Shown here: positions 52,976-62,297 of the stretch, in pieces
Layout: every line of letters starts with the position of its first letter
Position numbering within the stretch: position 1 is the stretch's first letter
Source: an uncultured Planctomycetota bacterium
Lineage (GTDB): Bacteria > Planctomycetota > Planctomycetia > Pirellulales > Lacipirellulaceae
Length of the DNA stretch: 64,000 nt
Assembly (NCBI GenBank): GCA_963719315.1
Contig: CAVRBU010000017.1
Span: 32,001 to 96,000, forward strand
Direction: 5' to 3'
Position numbers and translations under genes: made by a program
The notes under the pieces: model-generated
Told to the model about the DNA's origin: nothing
Database searches by the model: none
The model's input: the letters and a program-made list of their open reading frames with translations, nothing else

Positions 52976-55186
52976 TCAGGTGAAGATCCGACTGCCGATT
53001 TGGTAGGTTAGGAATGCGCCGATGTATGCCAGCGTCGTCATGTATGCGAATGTGAATATCGGCCAGCGCCAACTGTTTGTTTCGCGGCGGATCACGGCGA
53101 GCGTTGCCGCGCATTGGGCACAGAGCGCGAAAAAGACCATGATCGAAAGCGCCACAGGTAAATTATAGACCGGCTTGCCTGTGTCGTCCCACCGGGCGGA
53201 TCGCAATTGGGTTTGCAGGCGGTGCCGATCGCTTTCGGACCCGACATCCACGTCGTTCCCCAAATTGTAAATCACGCCCAGCGCGCCCATCACGACCTCG
53301 CGGGCCGGAAACGAAGCTATCGCCGCGCAGCCGATCCGCCAATCCCAACCGAGCGGCCGCACGGCGGGCTCGATCCACTGCCCGGCGCGGCCCAAGAAGC
53401 TGTAGCGCTGGTGCAAGCTGGCGGTGAGATGATCGAGATTCTCCGGCGCGTTGAATTCGGCGAGCGTCGCAGCGTCGCTTTGCGCTGCCGCCCGTTTGGT
53501 CGCGATATCGTTCGCCACTTGATCCTCGCTCCTTGGATAGTACGACAGCGCCCATACTACAATCGTGACCGCGAAAATCACGGTACCGGCGCGGGCCAGG
53601 AATGCCCAACCCCGCTCGGCCATCCGGAACGCGACCGTTCGCAACGAGGGCATTTTGTACGACGGCAGCTCCATCACGAATGGCGGCGTGGCACCGCGCA
53701 ATAAACTGTTCTTCAGCACCCAGGCCACGCCGACCGCCACGATTGCCCCCACCGCATACATGCCGAGCAGCACGAGTCCCTGGAGCCCTACGATCCCGCC
53801 CAAATAATGCGTGGCCGGCACGAACGCGCCGATCAGGATCACGTACACCGGCAGGCGGGCCGAGCAACTCATTAGCGGGGCGATGAGGATCGTGGCCAGC
53901 CGATCGCGGCGATTTTCGATGACCCGCGTGGCCATGATGCCGGGCACCGCGCAGGCGAACGACGACAGGAGCGGAATGAAACTTTTGCCGCTGAGGCCGA
54001 CCCCGGCCATGAGTCGATCCATCAAGAACGCGGCCCGAGCCATATAACCGCAATCTTCCAATACCGCAATGAACAAGAACAGAATGAGAATCTGCGGCAA
54101 GAACACGACCACCGCTCCCACGCCGCCGATCACGCCGTCGACGATCAGCGACTGTAGCGCGCCGTCCGGCAGAAGGTTTTTCACGAAATCGGCGAACGCG
54201 CCGACGCCCGCATCGATCAGGTTCATGAACGGCACGGCGAGTACGAAGATCGACGAGAACAGCACCGCCATCGTGGCGATGAAGATCAGCGTGCCCCACA
54301 CTTTGTGCGTGAGCACGGCATCCAGGCGATCGGAAGTCGTTGGTTGGTGGTTGTCGGGGCGGCGAGCGATGCCGTCGAGCATACGTGCGACCCAATCGTA
54401 GCGGGCCATCGCCTCGACCGCCGGGACCGGAAAGCCGGCGGCGGCGAGCGATTCGCGGGCCGCTCGCAACTTTTGTGAGCCGGCCGCGGCGGCGCCGTTG
54501 AGCAACTGGCTTTCCAAGTAGCCGTCGCCGTCCAAGAGCAATCGTTCGACCAGAAAGTGGGGTACCGGCTGGGCGGAGTTCTCGTTCAACCACTCGGCCA
54601 CGTCGATCGCATGCTGCTGAAACGAAGCGGGGAAGGGGTTCTCGCGCTGTTTTGTGCCGCCAGTCGCTGCTTCGGCCAGCGCGGCTTGAAGTGTTTCGAG
54701 ACCGACGCGGCGATTCGCCTGGACCGCGACCACGGGCACGCCGAGACGCTGCGCAAGCGCATCGACATCGATTTCAACCTGCCGGTCGTGGGCGAGGTCC
54801 ACCATATTGAGCGCGACCACCGTCGGCAGACCCAGCGAAAATACCTGGCTCACCAGGTACATATTCCGCTCCAGATTGCTCGCGTCGACGATGGAGAGCA
54901 CCACATCGGGCGGCCCAGCGTCGTCGCGCCGGCCCAGCAGTACATCGACCGTCACCATTTCGTCGGGTGAACGAGGCGCAAGGCTGTACGTGCCGGGCAG
55001 ATCGATCAGCTCGAACACCTGCCCGCCATGCCGCATCGTGCCGGTTTTCTTCTCAACCGTGACGCCCGGGTAGTTGCCCACGCGCTGCCGCACACCGGCG
55101 AGCGCGGTGAATAGCGTCGACTTACCCGTGTTGGGATTCCCCACCAGGGCAACGCGAATCGTTTTAGTTGGGGCTACGGAAGACAT
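52976..55186 (-). CDS. feoB: Ferrous iron transporter B
   Basis: GNPNTGKS, GNYPGVTVE, DLPG and NMVD; gate motifs FACAVP and PFVMELP. Confidence 0.96.
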   Translation of the reverse strand: MSSVAPTKTIRVALVGNPNTGKSTLFTALAGVRQRVGNYPGVTVEKKTGTMRHGGQVFELIDLPGTYSLAPRSPDEMVTVDVLLGRRDDAGPPDVVLSIVDASNLERNMYLVSQVFSLGLPTVVALNMVDLAHDRQVEIDVDALAQRLGVPVVAVQANRRVGLETLQAALAEAATGGTKQRENPFPASFQQHAIDVAEWLNENSAQPVPHFLVERLLLDGDGYLESQLLNGAAAAGSQKLRAARESLAAAGFPVPAVEAMARYDWVARMLDGIARRPDNHQPTTSDRLDAVLTHKVWGTLIFIATMAVLFSSIFVLAVPFMNLIDAGVGAFADFVKNLLPDGALQSLIVDGVIGGVGAVVVFLPQILILFLFIAVLEDCGYMARAAFLMDRLMAGVGLSGKSFIPLLSSFACAVPGIMATRVIENRRDRLATILIAPLMSCSARLPVYVILIGAFVPATHYLGGIVGLQGLVLLGMYAVGAIVAVGVAWVLKNSLLRGATPPFVMELPSYKMPSLRTVAFRMAERGWAFLARAGTVIFAVTIVVWALSYYPRSEDQVANDIATKRAAAQSDAATLAEFNAPENLDHLTASLHQRYSFLGRAGQWIEPAVRPLGWDWRIGCAAIASFPAREVVMGALGVIYNLGNDVDVGSESDRHRLQTQLRSARWDDTGKPVYNLPVALSIMVFFALCAQCAATLAVIRRETNSWRWPIFTFAYMTTLAYIGAFLTYQIGSRIFT

Positions 55187-55202
55187 GCGGATATGTATTA
55201 GA

Positions 55203-55286
55203 AGGATGCAGGAAGCGGGATGCGGGGGACAGGGATCGAATTAGAATGCCTTTACCCTTCCCCCTGCATCCCGCATCTTGCATCCT
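55203..55286. repeat. 7-bp periodic hairpin (GGATGCA/GGATGCG units)
   Basis: Arms read aggatgcaggaagcgggatgcggggg and cccctgcatcccgcatcttgcatcct. It overlaps the feoA 3' end. Confidence 0.78.
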
Positions 55287-55515
55287 CGATTGAATCAATC
55301 TCAATGTGCTGTGCCTCGCTTTTCCGCAGGCTGAGTCGGTAGCCTCGCAACTCGAACTCGAGCGGGTCGCCGAGCGGCGCGGTGCCGATGCGGCGAATCA
55401 CTACGTCGGGGGTCACGCCCATTTCCAAGATGCGACGGCTGATCTCGTCCGACCCGACGACGCGTACCACTCGTCCGCCTTGGCCGACCTCGAGCTCGGC
55501 CGCCACGCGCGTCAT
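55252..55515 (-). CDS. feoA: FeoA
   Basis: RRILEMGVTP, APLGDP and LSLRKSEA. Confidence 0.92.
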   Translation of the reverse strand: MTRVAAELEVGQGGRVVRVVGSDEISRRILEMGVTPDVVIRRIGTAPLGDPLEFELRGYRLSLRKSEAQHIEIDSIEDARCGMQGEG

Positions 55516-55748
55516 GCCGTTTTCCTTGTGCGGACCAGCACGCGGAGCGAATCGTCATCGCGGAAGCAGAATTTGCAACCCTCGACGCGGATGATGCACG
55601 GCGCGCCGCAGCGCACCATTTCCAAGCGGGCGCCGGTCCGCAGTCCCAGCTCTTCGAGCCGGCGCACCTGGTCGGGCGCTCCGAGAAGCTGGCCGATCTC
55701 CGCGATCTGGCCGCAGTGAAGGACGGTAAGTGGCAGCAGTTCGGGCAT
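55512..55748 (-). CDS. feoA: Second FeoA-family protein
   Basis: RRLEELGLRTG; ATGA coupling to the next feoA. Confidence 0.8.
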   Translation of the reverse strand: MPELLPLTVLHCGQIAEIGQLLGAPDQVRRLEELGLRTGARLEMVRCGAPCIIRVEGCKFCFRDDDSLRVLVRTRKTA

Positions 55749-55778
55749 TGACGAGCCCAAAAATCGCAGGTGATTGTT

Positions 55779-55795
55779 TTGAGAACGATTCTCAA
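55779..55795. promoter_or_regulatory. Fur-box-like operator of the feo operon
   Basis: Palindrome ttgagaa-cga-ttctcaa, 30 bp upstream of the first feoA. It resembles the 7-1-7 TGATAAT-N-ATTATCA Fur motif. Confidence 0.75.
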
Positions 55796-55949
55796 TAACT
55801 CTAATCGACTGATTGTAGAGCGAAGCCGCTGCTTTTTCAATCGGTTTTCTGTGAAAAAAGCCGCCTCCTCGAATGGGAGCGCAGAGAAAGGCAAAAAAAG
55901 CGGCCGTATCCCAGTGAAAACTGATGGAATAGGGCGAGCGAGGCGGTTT

Positions 55950-57454
55950 TTAGGCCGCTGCTTTCAAGGCCGCCACTATGTCCACGACGGCCTTTTTGCC
56001 GTCTTCGAACAGCATGATGGTGTTGTCGGCGGCGAACAGGGGGTTCGGGATGCCGGCAAAGCCCGGACTGAGACTCCGTTTCACCACCACTACCGTATGT
56101 GCATCTCCCACATTCAAGATTGGCATCCCGGCGATCGGGCTTTGCGGATCGGTGTTGGCGAGCGGATTCACGACGTCGTTTGCGCCGATCACGATTACCA
56201 CGTCCGTCTGGCCGAAGCTCGGGTTGATCTCGTCCATCTCCTTGAGTTTGTCGTAGGGAATGTCGGCCTCGGCCAGGAGCACGTTCATGTGTCCCGGCAT
56301 CCGGCCGGCGACCGGATGAATCGCGAACTCGACATCGGTGCCGCGGGCTTCGAGCATCAGGAATAATTCGCGGACGGCGTGCTGCGCCTGCGCCACGGCC
56401 ATGCCGTAGCCGGGCACGACGACCACGCGGCGAACGCCGTCGAGGAGCATGGCGACTTCTTCCGCCGATGTGGCCTTCACTTTGCCGCCGTAGACTTCGT
56501 CGGCCGATGCGATATCGCCCGCAGCTCCGAATGTTCCAAAGAGGACGCTGAGCAGCGAGCGGTTCATTGCGCGGCACATGATCGCGCTCAGAATGATGCC
56601 GGACGCGCCGACCAGAGATCCGGAAATGATGAGTACCGTGTTACTGATGACGAACCCGGCGGCGGCGGCGGCGAGGCCCGAATAGGAATTCAACAGCGCG
56701 ATCACCACGGGCATATCTGCCCCGCCGATCGGGACCACCAGCAGAACGCCCAGCACGCCGGCCAACAGCACGATGAGAAAGTACGGCCAACCGCTGCCGC
56801 TCAACATGACGACGGCCAGCAGCAGGCACGCGACAACAAGCAAGGCATTGACCACTTGCACGCCCGGAAAACTCCAGGGCTTGCGAAACATTTTCAGTTC
56901 TTGCAACTTGCCGGCGGCCACCATCGAGCCCGTGAATGTGACGGCGCCAATCAACCCGGTGAGAGCGGCCGCAATGGTAGCGACGCGTGGATCGACTCGA
57001 CTCGCCAAGGCTTGAAGCATTTTTTGAACTTGCGCCTATCGCCTTGCAGCGTGACGCGCGTCAAATCAGGTGGTGACGAACCTTTGAGCGCCTCGACGCC
57101 GGCCACGAGCAGCGAGGCCAGCCCGCCGAAGCCATTGAACAGCGCGACGAATTGCGGCATTTGCGTCATTTGGACCTTCAAGGCCATGAACAATCCGATT
57201 GCTCCGCCGATCGTCATGCCGATCGCGGCCACGCCGATCGGCAGGATGTTCAGGTGCAGGATCGTCACCACGATTGCCAGCAACATTCCGAGCGCACCGA
57301 GCAAATTGCCGCGTACGGCCGTGCGGGGGTGGGTCATGCCCTTCATGCCGTAGATGAACAACACGGCGGCGACAAGATACATGAGATTCGCGAGCGGGCC
57401 GACTTCGGCCGCATTCGTCAGGGAGTCGCGAAGATGGTCCAGAGCAGGCGGCAT
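55950..57454 (-). CDS. pntB: NAD(P) transhydrogenase beta subunit, frameshift near 57035
   Basis: MTQMPQFVALFNGFGG in ORF 1; GADMPVVI, VPGYGMA, HPVAGRMPGHMN and GANDVVN in ORF 2. Confidence 0.93.
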
Positions 57455-57460
57455 CGTCGA

Positions 57461-57739
57461 TCAACCTTTCTTGCGGAACATGGCCAGCATGCGATGCGTG
57501 ACGACGAATCCGCCAACAACGTTAATCATGGCAAACACGATGGCGATGAAGCCGAGCGAGCCGCCCAGCCAGCCGGCCCCGCTGCGGACCGCGAGAATTG
57601 CGCCCACGATCGTGATGCCGCTAATGGCATTCGAGCCGCTCATCAGCGGCGTATGCAGCGTTGGCGGCACCTTGGTGATGATTTCGAAGCCGACAAAAAG
57701 TGCCAGCGTAAACACAGTAATGGCGATGATGATATCCAT
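57461..57739 (-). CDS. NAD(P) transhydrogenase alpha subunit, part 2 (membrane)
   Basis: VPPTLHTPLMSGSNAISG and NVVGGFVVTHRMLAMF. Confidence 0.94.
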   Translation of the reverse strand: MDIIIAITVFTLALFVGFEIITKVPPTLHTPLMSGSNAISGITIVGAILAVRSGAGWLGGSLGFIAIVFAMINVVGGFVVTHRMLAMFRKKG

Positions 57740-57909
57740 AGGGGATCGATGGCGACGAGGACGGAGGTGGGAAGTGACGAATGCGCGGCGTCGGCCGGAT
57801 GTTGTACCTTGCGCTTGGGTCTGGACGCAAGCACTGGGCCGTTGGCTCTAGAAGGAATTGCGTGGAGCAGTGCTGCCACTGGGCTCCGCCCGTTCCAAGC
57901 GCGCAATGC

Positions 57910-58043
57910 CTAGTGCTTTGTCACAGCTAAAAATTGGGGTTGGGCGTATCAGCCGCAGGGCGCTAGCCCCCGGTTTGTGCCGCTCCAACCGGGGGCTAGC
58001 GCCCCGCGGCTAATCCCAAAATCAAGCTGCGACAAAGCACTAG
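57910..58043. repeat. MITE-like element containing a nested REP doublet
   Basis: Outer arms ctagtgctttgtcacagct and agctgcgacaaagcactag. Inner arms agccgcagggcgctagcccccggtt and aaccgggggctagcgccccgcggct. Confidence 0.8.
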
Positions 58044-58099
58044 AATCCACTGGCAGAGCCAGTGGCACACCGATGAAGCCGGAACCCTCAGAATGCCGA

Positions 58100-58504
58100 C
58101 TACCGCTTGGAGAACTGCGTGCCGCGGCGGGCGCCGTGGAGACCGGGCTTTTTGCGTTCTTTCATGCGGGCATCGCGCGTGAGGAAGCTCTTTTCGCGGA
58201 GCTTGGCGTCCAGATCGCTGTCGTACTTCATCAGCGCCCGGGCAATGCCTTGCATGCAAGCGCCGGCCTGGCCGGTGCTGCCGCCGCCGTGGACGCGGAT
58301 GACCACATCCACGCTCGCGCGCACGCCGGTATGTTCGAGCGCCGAGACGACGGCGTTGCGATCCTGCGGGATCTTGAAAAACTCTTCGAGCGACCGCTCG
58401 TTGATCGTGAGCTTGCCGTTGCCGGCGCGAATTCGCACGCGGGCGACCGAAGTTTTGCGGCGGCCGGTTCCCAGGGCGTCGATGACTTTTTCTGCGGTGG
58501 GCAT
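58100..58504 (-). CDS. rpsI: 30S ribosomal protein S9
   Basis: GTGRRKTSVARV, GGGSTGQA, and a C-terminal QFSKR. Confidence 0.97.
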   Translation of the reverse strand: MPTAEKVIDALGTGRRKTSVARVRIRAGNGKLTINERSLEEFFKIPQDRNAVVSALEHTGVRASVDVVIRVHGGGSTGQAGACMQGIARALMKYDSDLDAKLREKSFLTRDARMKERKKPGLHGARRGTQFSKR

Positions 58505-58533
58505 GGGGAAGGGTTCAGGGTTCGGGTGTAAGT

Positions 58534-58616
58534 GTAGGGTGGGTCGAGTCTGCGAGACCCACCAAATTGCGTTGTCTTTTTGTCATGGTGTGTCTCGCGG
58601 ACTCGACACACCCTAC
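58534..58616. repeat. GTAG REP doublet between rplM and rpsI
   Basis: Arms read gtagggtgggtcgagtctgcgagacccacc and ggtgtgtctcgcggactcgacacaccctac. Confidence 0.85.
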
Positions 58617-58633
58617 GTTTACTAAGAGAGGAG

Positions 58634-58715
58634 ATTTGTCATTGGTAATTTGTCATTTGAAATTGGCCAATTCTGATATCGCCCAATGACAAATTACCAA
58701 TTTGCAATGACCAAT
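58634..58715. repeat. 7-bp periodic hairpin (ATTTGTC/ATTGGTA units)
   Basis: Arms read atttgtc attggta atttgtc atttgaa and caatgacaaattaccaatttgcaatgaccaat. Confidence 0.8.
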
Positions 58716-58736
58716 CGAATTGTTTTTTTGTGGGTA

Positions 58737-59171
58737 TTACTTCGCCGCCAGTTCTAACGTGGCTGGTTGCTGTGCTTGATGGGGGTGCTCGGCGCCGGCG
58801 TAGATTTTGAGCTTGGTGATCATTTTGAACGCGAGCTTGTTCTTGGGCAACATGCGGCGCACGGCCTCGTACAAGATCAACTCGGGCTTGCGCTCCAACC
58901 GCCTTTGGGCCGAAACGGTCCGCTGGCCTGGGTAGCCGGTGTACCAGGCGTACTCTTTTTGGTCCCACTTCTGGCCACTGAACTTCACCTTCTCGGCGTT
59001 GGTGACGACGACGTAGTCGCCCGTATCGACATGCGGCGTGTATTGCGGGCGATGCTTGCCCATCAGCAGCACGGCGATCCGGCTGGCGAGCCGGCCGACG
59101 ACCTGGTCGGTGGCATCAATGATGTGCCACTTTTGCTCGACTTCGCCGGGCTTGGCCATGTAAGTTTTCAT
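58737..59171 (-). CDS. rplM: 50S ribosomal protein L13
   Basis: [26 protein letters not shown] and HPHQAQQP. Confidence 0.97.
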   Translation of the reverse strand: MKTYMAKPGEVEQKWHIIDATDQVVGRLASRIAVLLMGKHRPQYTPHVDTGDYVVVTNAEKVKFSGQKWDQKEYAWYTGYPGQRTVSAQRRLERKPELILYEAVRRMLPKNKLAFKMITKLKIYAGAEHPHQAQQPATLELAAK

Positions 59172-59314
59172 GATTCGTATTCCGCCACCAAAAAGCAACA
59201 AAATATGGGAATCTGACAGTTTACCGCAGGCCGAAAGGGGCTACAAGGGCGGGAAATAGGGGGTAGTGGTAGAGTTTCAAGGCCGGCGAATCACGTCCTG
59301 GACTTGCTCCAACG

Positions 59315-59791
59315 CTAGGCACTTTCCGCGTATCTATCCGCCTCATGTTCCCAGCGATCATGCTCAGCATGAAGCCAGTCATAAAACTGCTCGTCCAATG
59401 CGGTAAATGGGTCCCACTCCTGGCGGGCACGGCCATTTGCCACTGGAAGGAGCTTCAGACGATCGAATCGCTCACGTGGGTATGAAGAGCCAAAGAAGTT
59501 CATGGCCTCGGCCAATATTACCGACCACACGTCAAGTCCAATCGCCTCAAATCCTCGCCGAGCCTCAGGCGCCAGCAACCCGGTCATGTTGTAGAAGAAT
59601 TGGTGCAGCCCGCCATTGCAAACCTCAGATTGACACCAGTGAGCGGCATAAAGATGCCCAACCTTAAGAGGTGTCGCTTCAAACTGCCGGACAAATTCAG
59701 ATGCTCCTTGATCCCAACTGCGGTTCAGAGGTAACCAAACCGGTTCGATCAAAGACCAATAGCTAACGCCGGGCGGATTCGAATTAGACAT
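59315..59791 (-). CDS. DUF4375/DMP19-like protein
   Basis: EVCNGGLHQFFYN motif; LDEQFY near the C-terminus. Confidence 0.72.
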   Translation of the reverse strand: MSNSNPPGVSYWSLIEPVWLPLNRSWDQGASEFVRQFEATPLKVGHLYAAHWCQSEVCNGGLHQFFYNMTGLLAPEARRGFEAIGLDVWSVILAEAMNFFGSSYPRERFDRLKLLPVANGRARQEWDPFTALDEQFYDWLHAEHDRWEHEADRYAESA

Positions 59792-59838
59792 GAGGAAGTC
59801 CTAGAAATGTTATTCTAGCCGCGTGTGTACGAAAACCA

Positions 59839-60459
59839 TTAAGTATTGCCCTGCGATTTACCTAACTGCGCCTCCAACTCCCGAATCTGTCCCTGTAGTT
59901 TCTCAATGAGTGGCCCCACGATCCATTGCGGAAACCGCCGGTGAATGTGCTGCGAGCAGTTCATGTCCCACGCTTCGATTTCGAACAGGATCGCTCGCTC
60001 CACGCGGCCTGGCTTGTAGTCGGCGTCGCGCAGCCGCTCAATGAGCGCCGAGTCATCTTCAACGACTCGCGCCTTGCCCCATAACTTAACCCGCCGGCGG
60101 TCGACGTAATCCATCAAGAAAATAAACGCCTTCGGATTCTCCGACAGATTGCCGAGCGTGATGTACTGCTGGTTGCCGCCGAAGTCGGCGAAGCCGAGTG
60201 TGTGGTCGTCGATGACTTTCAAGAACCCTGGCCGGCCTCCGCGATATTGCACGTAGGGCTGCCCCGCGGCGTTGGCCGTGGCGAGGTAGAACATATCGAG
60301 CTCGGCGAGGAACGCGGCCAGCTCGTCGGTCACGCGTGTGTCCCAGCCGTGGCCACCCTCGACCTTGGCGTGCATATCGCGGGAGTTCTTCGCCGCCTGA
60401 ATCGCTTTCACGGCCGGCGTGAACGCGACGTCGCTCGGGTAGTGAGGTTCAGCGTCCAT
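59839..60459 (-). CDS. Pyridoxamine 5'-phosphate oxidase-like FMN-binding protein
   Basis: FYLATANAAGQPYVQYRGG, FADFGGN and WDMNCSQHI. Confidence 0.88.
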   Translation of the reverse strand: MDAEPHYPSDVAFTPAVKAIQAAKNSRDMHAKVEGGHGWDTRVTDELAAFLAELDMFYLATANAAGQPYVQYRGGRPGFLKVIDDHTLGFADFGGNQQYITLGNLSENPKAFIFLMDYVDRRRVKLWGKARVVEDDSALIERLRDADYKPGRVERAILFEIEAWDMNCSQHIHRRFPQWIVGPLIEKLQGQIRELEAQLGKSQGNT

Positions 60460-60480
60460 GTTTAACATTGAGAAAGCCTG

Positions 60481-60565
60481 GTAGGTCCCGCTTGCCGAGC
60501 GGGACCTTTGCGACTGTGCCAACATCGAAACCGAACGGAGGTCCCTTCCGGCAGAAGGGACCTAC
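60481..60565. repeat. GTAG REP doublet, copy 2 (complete)
   Basis: gtaggtcccgcttgccgagcgggacct ... aggtcccttccggcagaagggacctac. Confidence 0.88.
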
Positions 60566-60780
60566 TAATACCTCCGCGCGCGAAGCCAGAGCGCCAGCCC
60601 CCAGAGCGACAGAAAAACCGCCATCGACGCCATGATGATGAGCGGCTTGCGGAGGTCGTGGTGGGGTGCGTCCGCACCTAACTCTAAGTATGCCCCAGCG
60701 GCAAACATCCCCGCCCACAGCAGGAGTGCGACAGCCAGGACGCCGAGGGGAAGCCAGATTTTAGGACGGGGTGAATTCAT
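60565..60780 (-). CDS. Small two-TM membrane protein
   Basis: 71 aa, two hydrophobic helices, ATG start. Confidence 0.6.
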   Translation of the reverse strand: MNSPRPKIWLPLGVLAVALLLWAGMFAAGAYLELGADAPHHDLRKPLIIMASMAVFLSLWGLALWLRARRY

Positions 60781-60807
60781 CGGCGGGGTTACACTCTACG
60801 AAGGGCG

Positions 60808-60946
60808 AATGACCAATGACCAAGAGGATGCAGGATGCGGGATGCAGGGGGCAGGGGGCAGGGATCTGATCCTATCCACACCCTGCCCCCGGCATCCCGC
60901 GTCCCCAATCCTTCCGCTTCATTTCAACCATTGGTGCTTGGTCATT
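60808..60946. repeat. Nested 7-bp periodic hairpins
   Basis: Outer arms aatgaccaatgaccaa and ttggtgcttggtcatt. Inner arms ggatgcaggatgcgggatgcaggggg and cccccggcatcccgcgtcc. Confidence 0.72.
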
Positions 60947-61039
60947 GGTGCTTTAAACTGGGGCAGTTCTATTCAATGCCGAATTCTTGCGAAATTCAGC
61001 TACGGCGAGTTGGGTAGTTTTCCGTCGGGAGCTATTGCC

Positions 61040-62152
61040 ATGATCGTGGGTGTGCCGAAAGAGATCAAGCAGGATGAGTACCGCGTGGCGATGCTGCCGG
61101 TCGGCGTGGAGGAGCTTACGCGTCGCGGCCATAAGGTGCTGATCGAGGCCGGGGCCGGCACGGGTTCGGGGCTGCCGGATGGCGATTATGTGCAATCGGG
61201 GGCCGAATTGATCGAAGGCCCCGCGGAGATTTTCGGCCGGGCGGACCTCATCGTGAAGGTGAAGGAGCCGCAGCGGAGCGAGATCAAGCAGATCCGCAAA
61301 GGCCAGATCGTGTTCACCTATTTTCACCTGGCGGCCGATCGCGATTTGACCGACGGCCTGCTCGGCACTGGCTCGACTTGCGTTGCTTACGAAACGCTGG
61401 CCGACGACCAGGGCCGGCTGCCGCTGTTGACGCCGATGAGCGAAGTCGCCGGGCGGATGAGCATTCAAGAGGGCGCGAAGTTTTTGGAACGGCCGCAGAT
61501 GGGCCGCGGCATTTTGCTGGCCGGTGTGCCGGGCGTGGCGCCGGCGCACATCACGATCCTCGGAGGCGGCGTGGTCGGCGCGAACGCGGCCAAGATCGCC
61601 GCCGGCTTCCGGGCCGACGTCGCCATTCTCGATATCAACATGGAACGGCTGCGGTACCTCGATGATGTGATGCCGCCCAACGTCGATTGCCTGTTTAGCG
61701 ATCGGCACACGATCCGCGAGCAACTTTCGCGGGCCGATCTCGTGATCGGCGCGGTGCTGATCCCCGGCGCGAAAGCGCCGATGCTGGTAAGCAAAGACGA
61801 TTTGCGGCGGATGAAGCCGGGCAGCGTGATCATCGACGTCGCGATCGACCAAGGCGGCTGCATCGCCACGAGCCGACCGACTTCGCACAGCAACCCCACG
61901 TACATGGTCGAGGAAATCTTGCACTACTGCGTGACGAACATGCCGGGCGCGGTCGGCCGCACCAGTACGTTCGCCCTCTGCAACGTAACGCTCCAATGGG
62001 TCCTGGAAATCGCCCAACGCGGCATCGAAGCGGCAGCCCGCGACCTGCGGCCGGTCGCCCGGGCGATCAACCTGGCCGGCGGCGAAGTGACCAATAAAGC
62101 AGTGGCCGAGACATTCGGTTTCACTTACTCGCCGCGGTACAAGGTGGCTTAA
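61040..62152 (+). CDS. ald: Alanine dehydrogenase
   Basis: GVPKEIKQDEYRV, KVKEP, FTYFHLA, DVAIDQGG and HYCVTNMPGAV. Confidence 0.95.
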   Translation: MIVGVPKEIKQDEYRVAMLPVGVEELTRRGHKVLIEAGAGTGSGLPDGDYVQSGAELIEGPAEIFGRADLIVKVKEPQRSEIKQIRKGQIVFTYFHLAADRDLTDGLLGTGSTCVAYETLADDQGRLPLLTPMSEVAGRMSIQEGAKFLERPQMGRGILLAGVPGVAPAHITILGGGVVGANAAKIAAGFRADVAILDINMERLRYLDDVMPPNVDCLFSDRHTIREQLSRADLVIGAVLIPGAKAPMLVSKDDLRRMKPGSVIIDVAIDQGGCIATSRPTSHSNPTYMVEEILHYCVTNMPGAVGRTSTFALCNVTLQWVLEIAQRGIEAAARDLRPVARAINLAGGEVTNKAVAETFGFTYSPRYKVA

Positions 62153-62165
62153 ATTGCCGGAATTA

Positions 62166-62275
62166 GTCCGCAGATGGCGCGGATGTTCGCAGATAAGAAT
62201 TCGTTTCTCACTATCTGCGCAAATCTGCATCGAGCATAGTGACTTGCATCTGCGGAAATCTGCGGCATCTGTGGA
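62166..62275. repeat. 110-bp direct repeat (itself a periodic hairpin), left of GxxExxY
   Basis: 6 mismatches to 62702-62811. Confidence 0.95.
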
Positions 62276-62297
62276 TATATTGACAGGAAATCTTTTT

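Noticed and set aside
61040..62152. Calling this gene the missing pntA alpha-1
   Set aside because: Motifs FTYFHLA, DQGG and HYCVTNMPGAV fit alanine dehydrogenase rather than transhydrogenase domain I.
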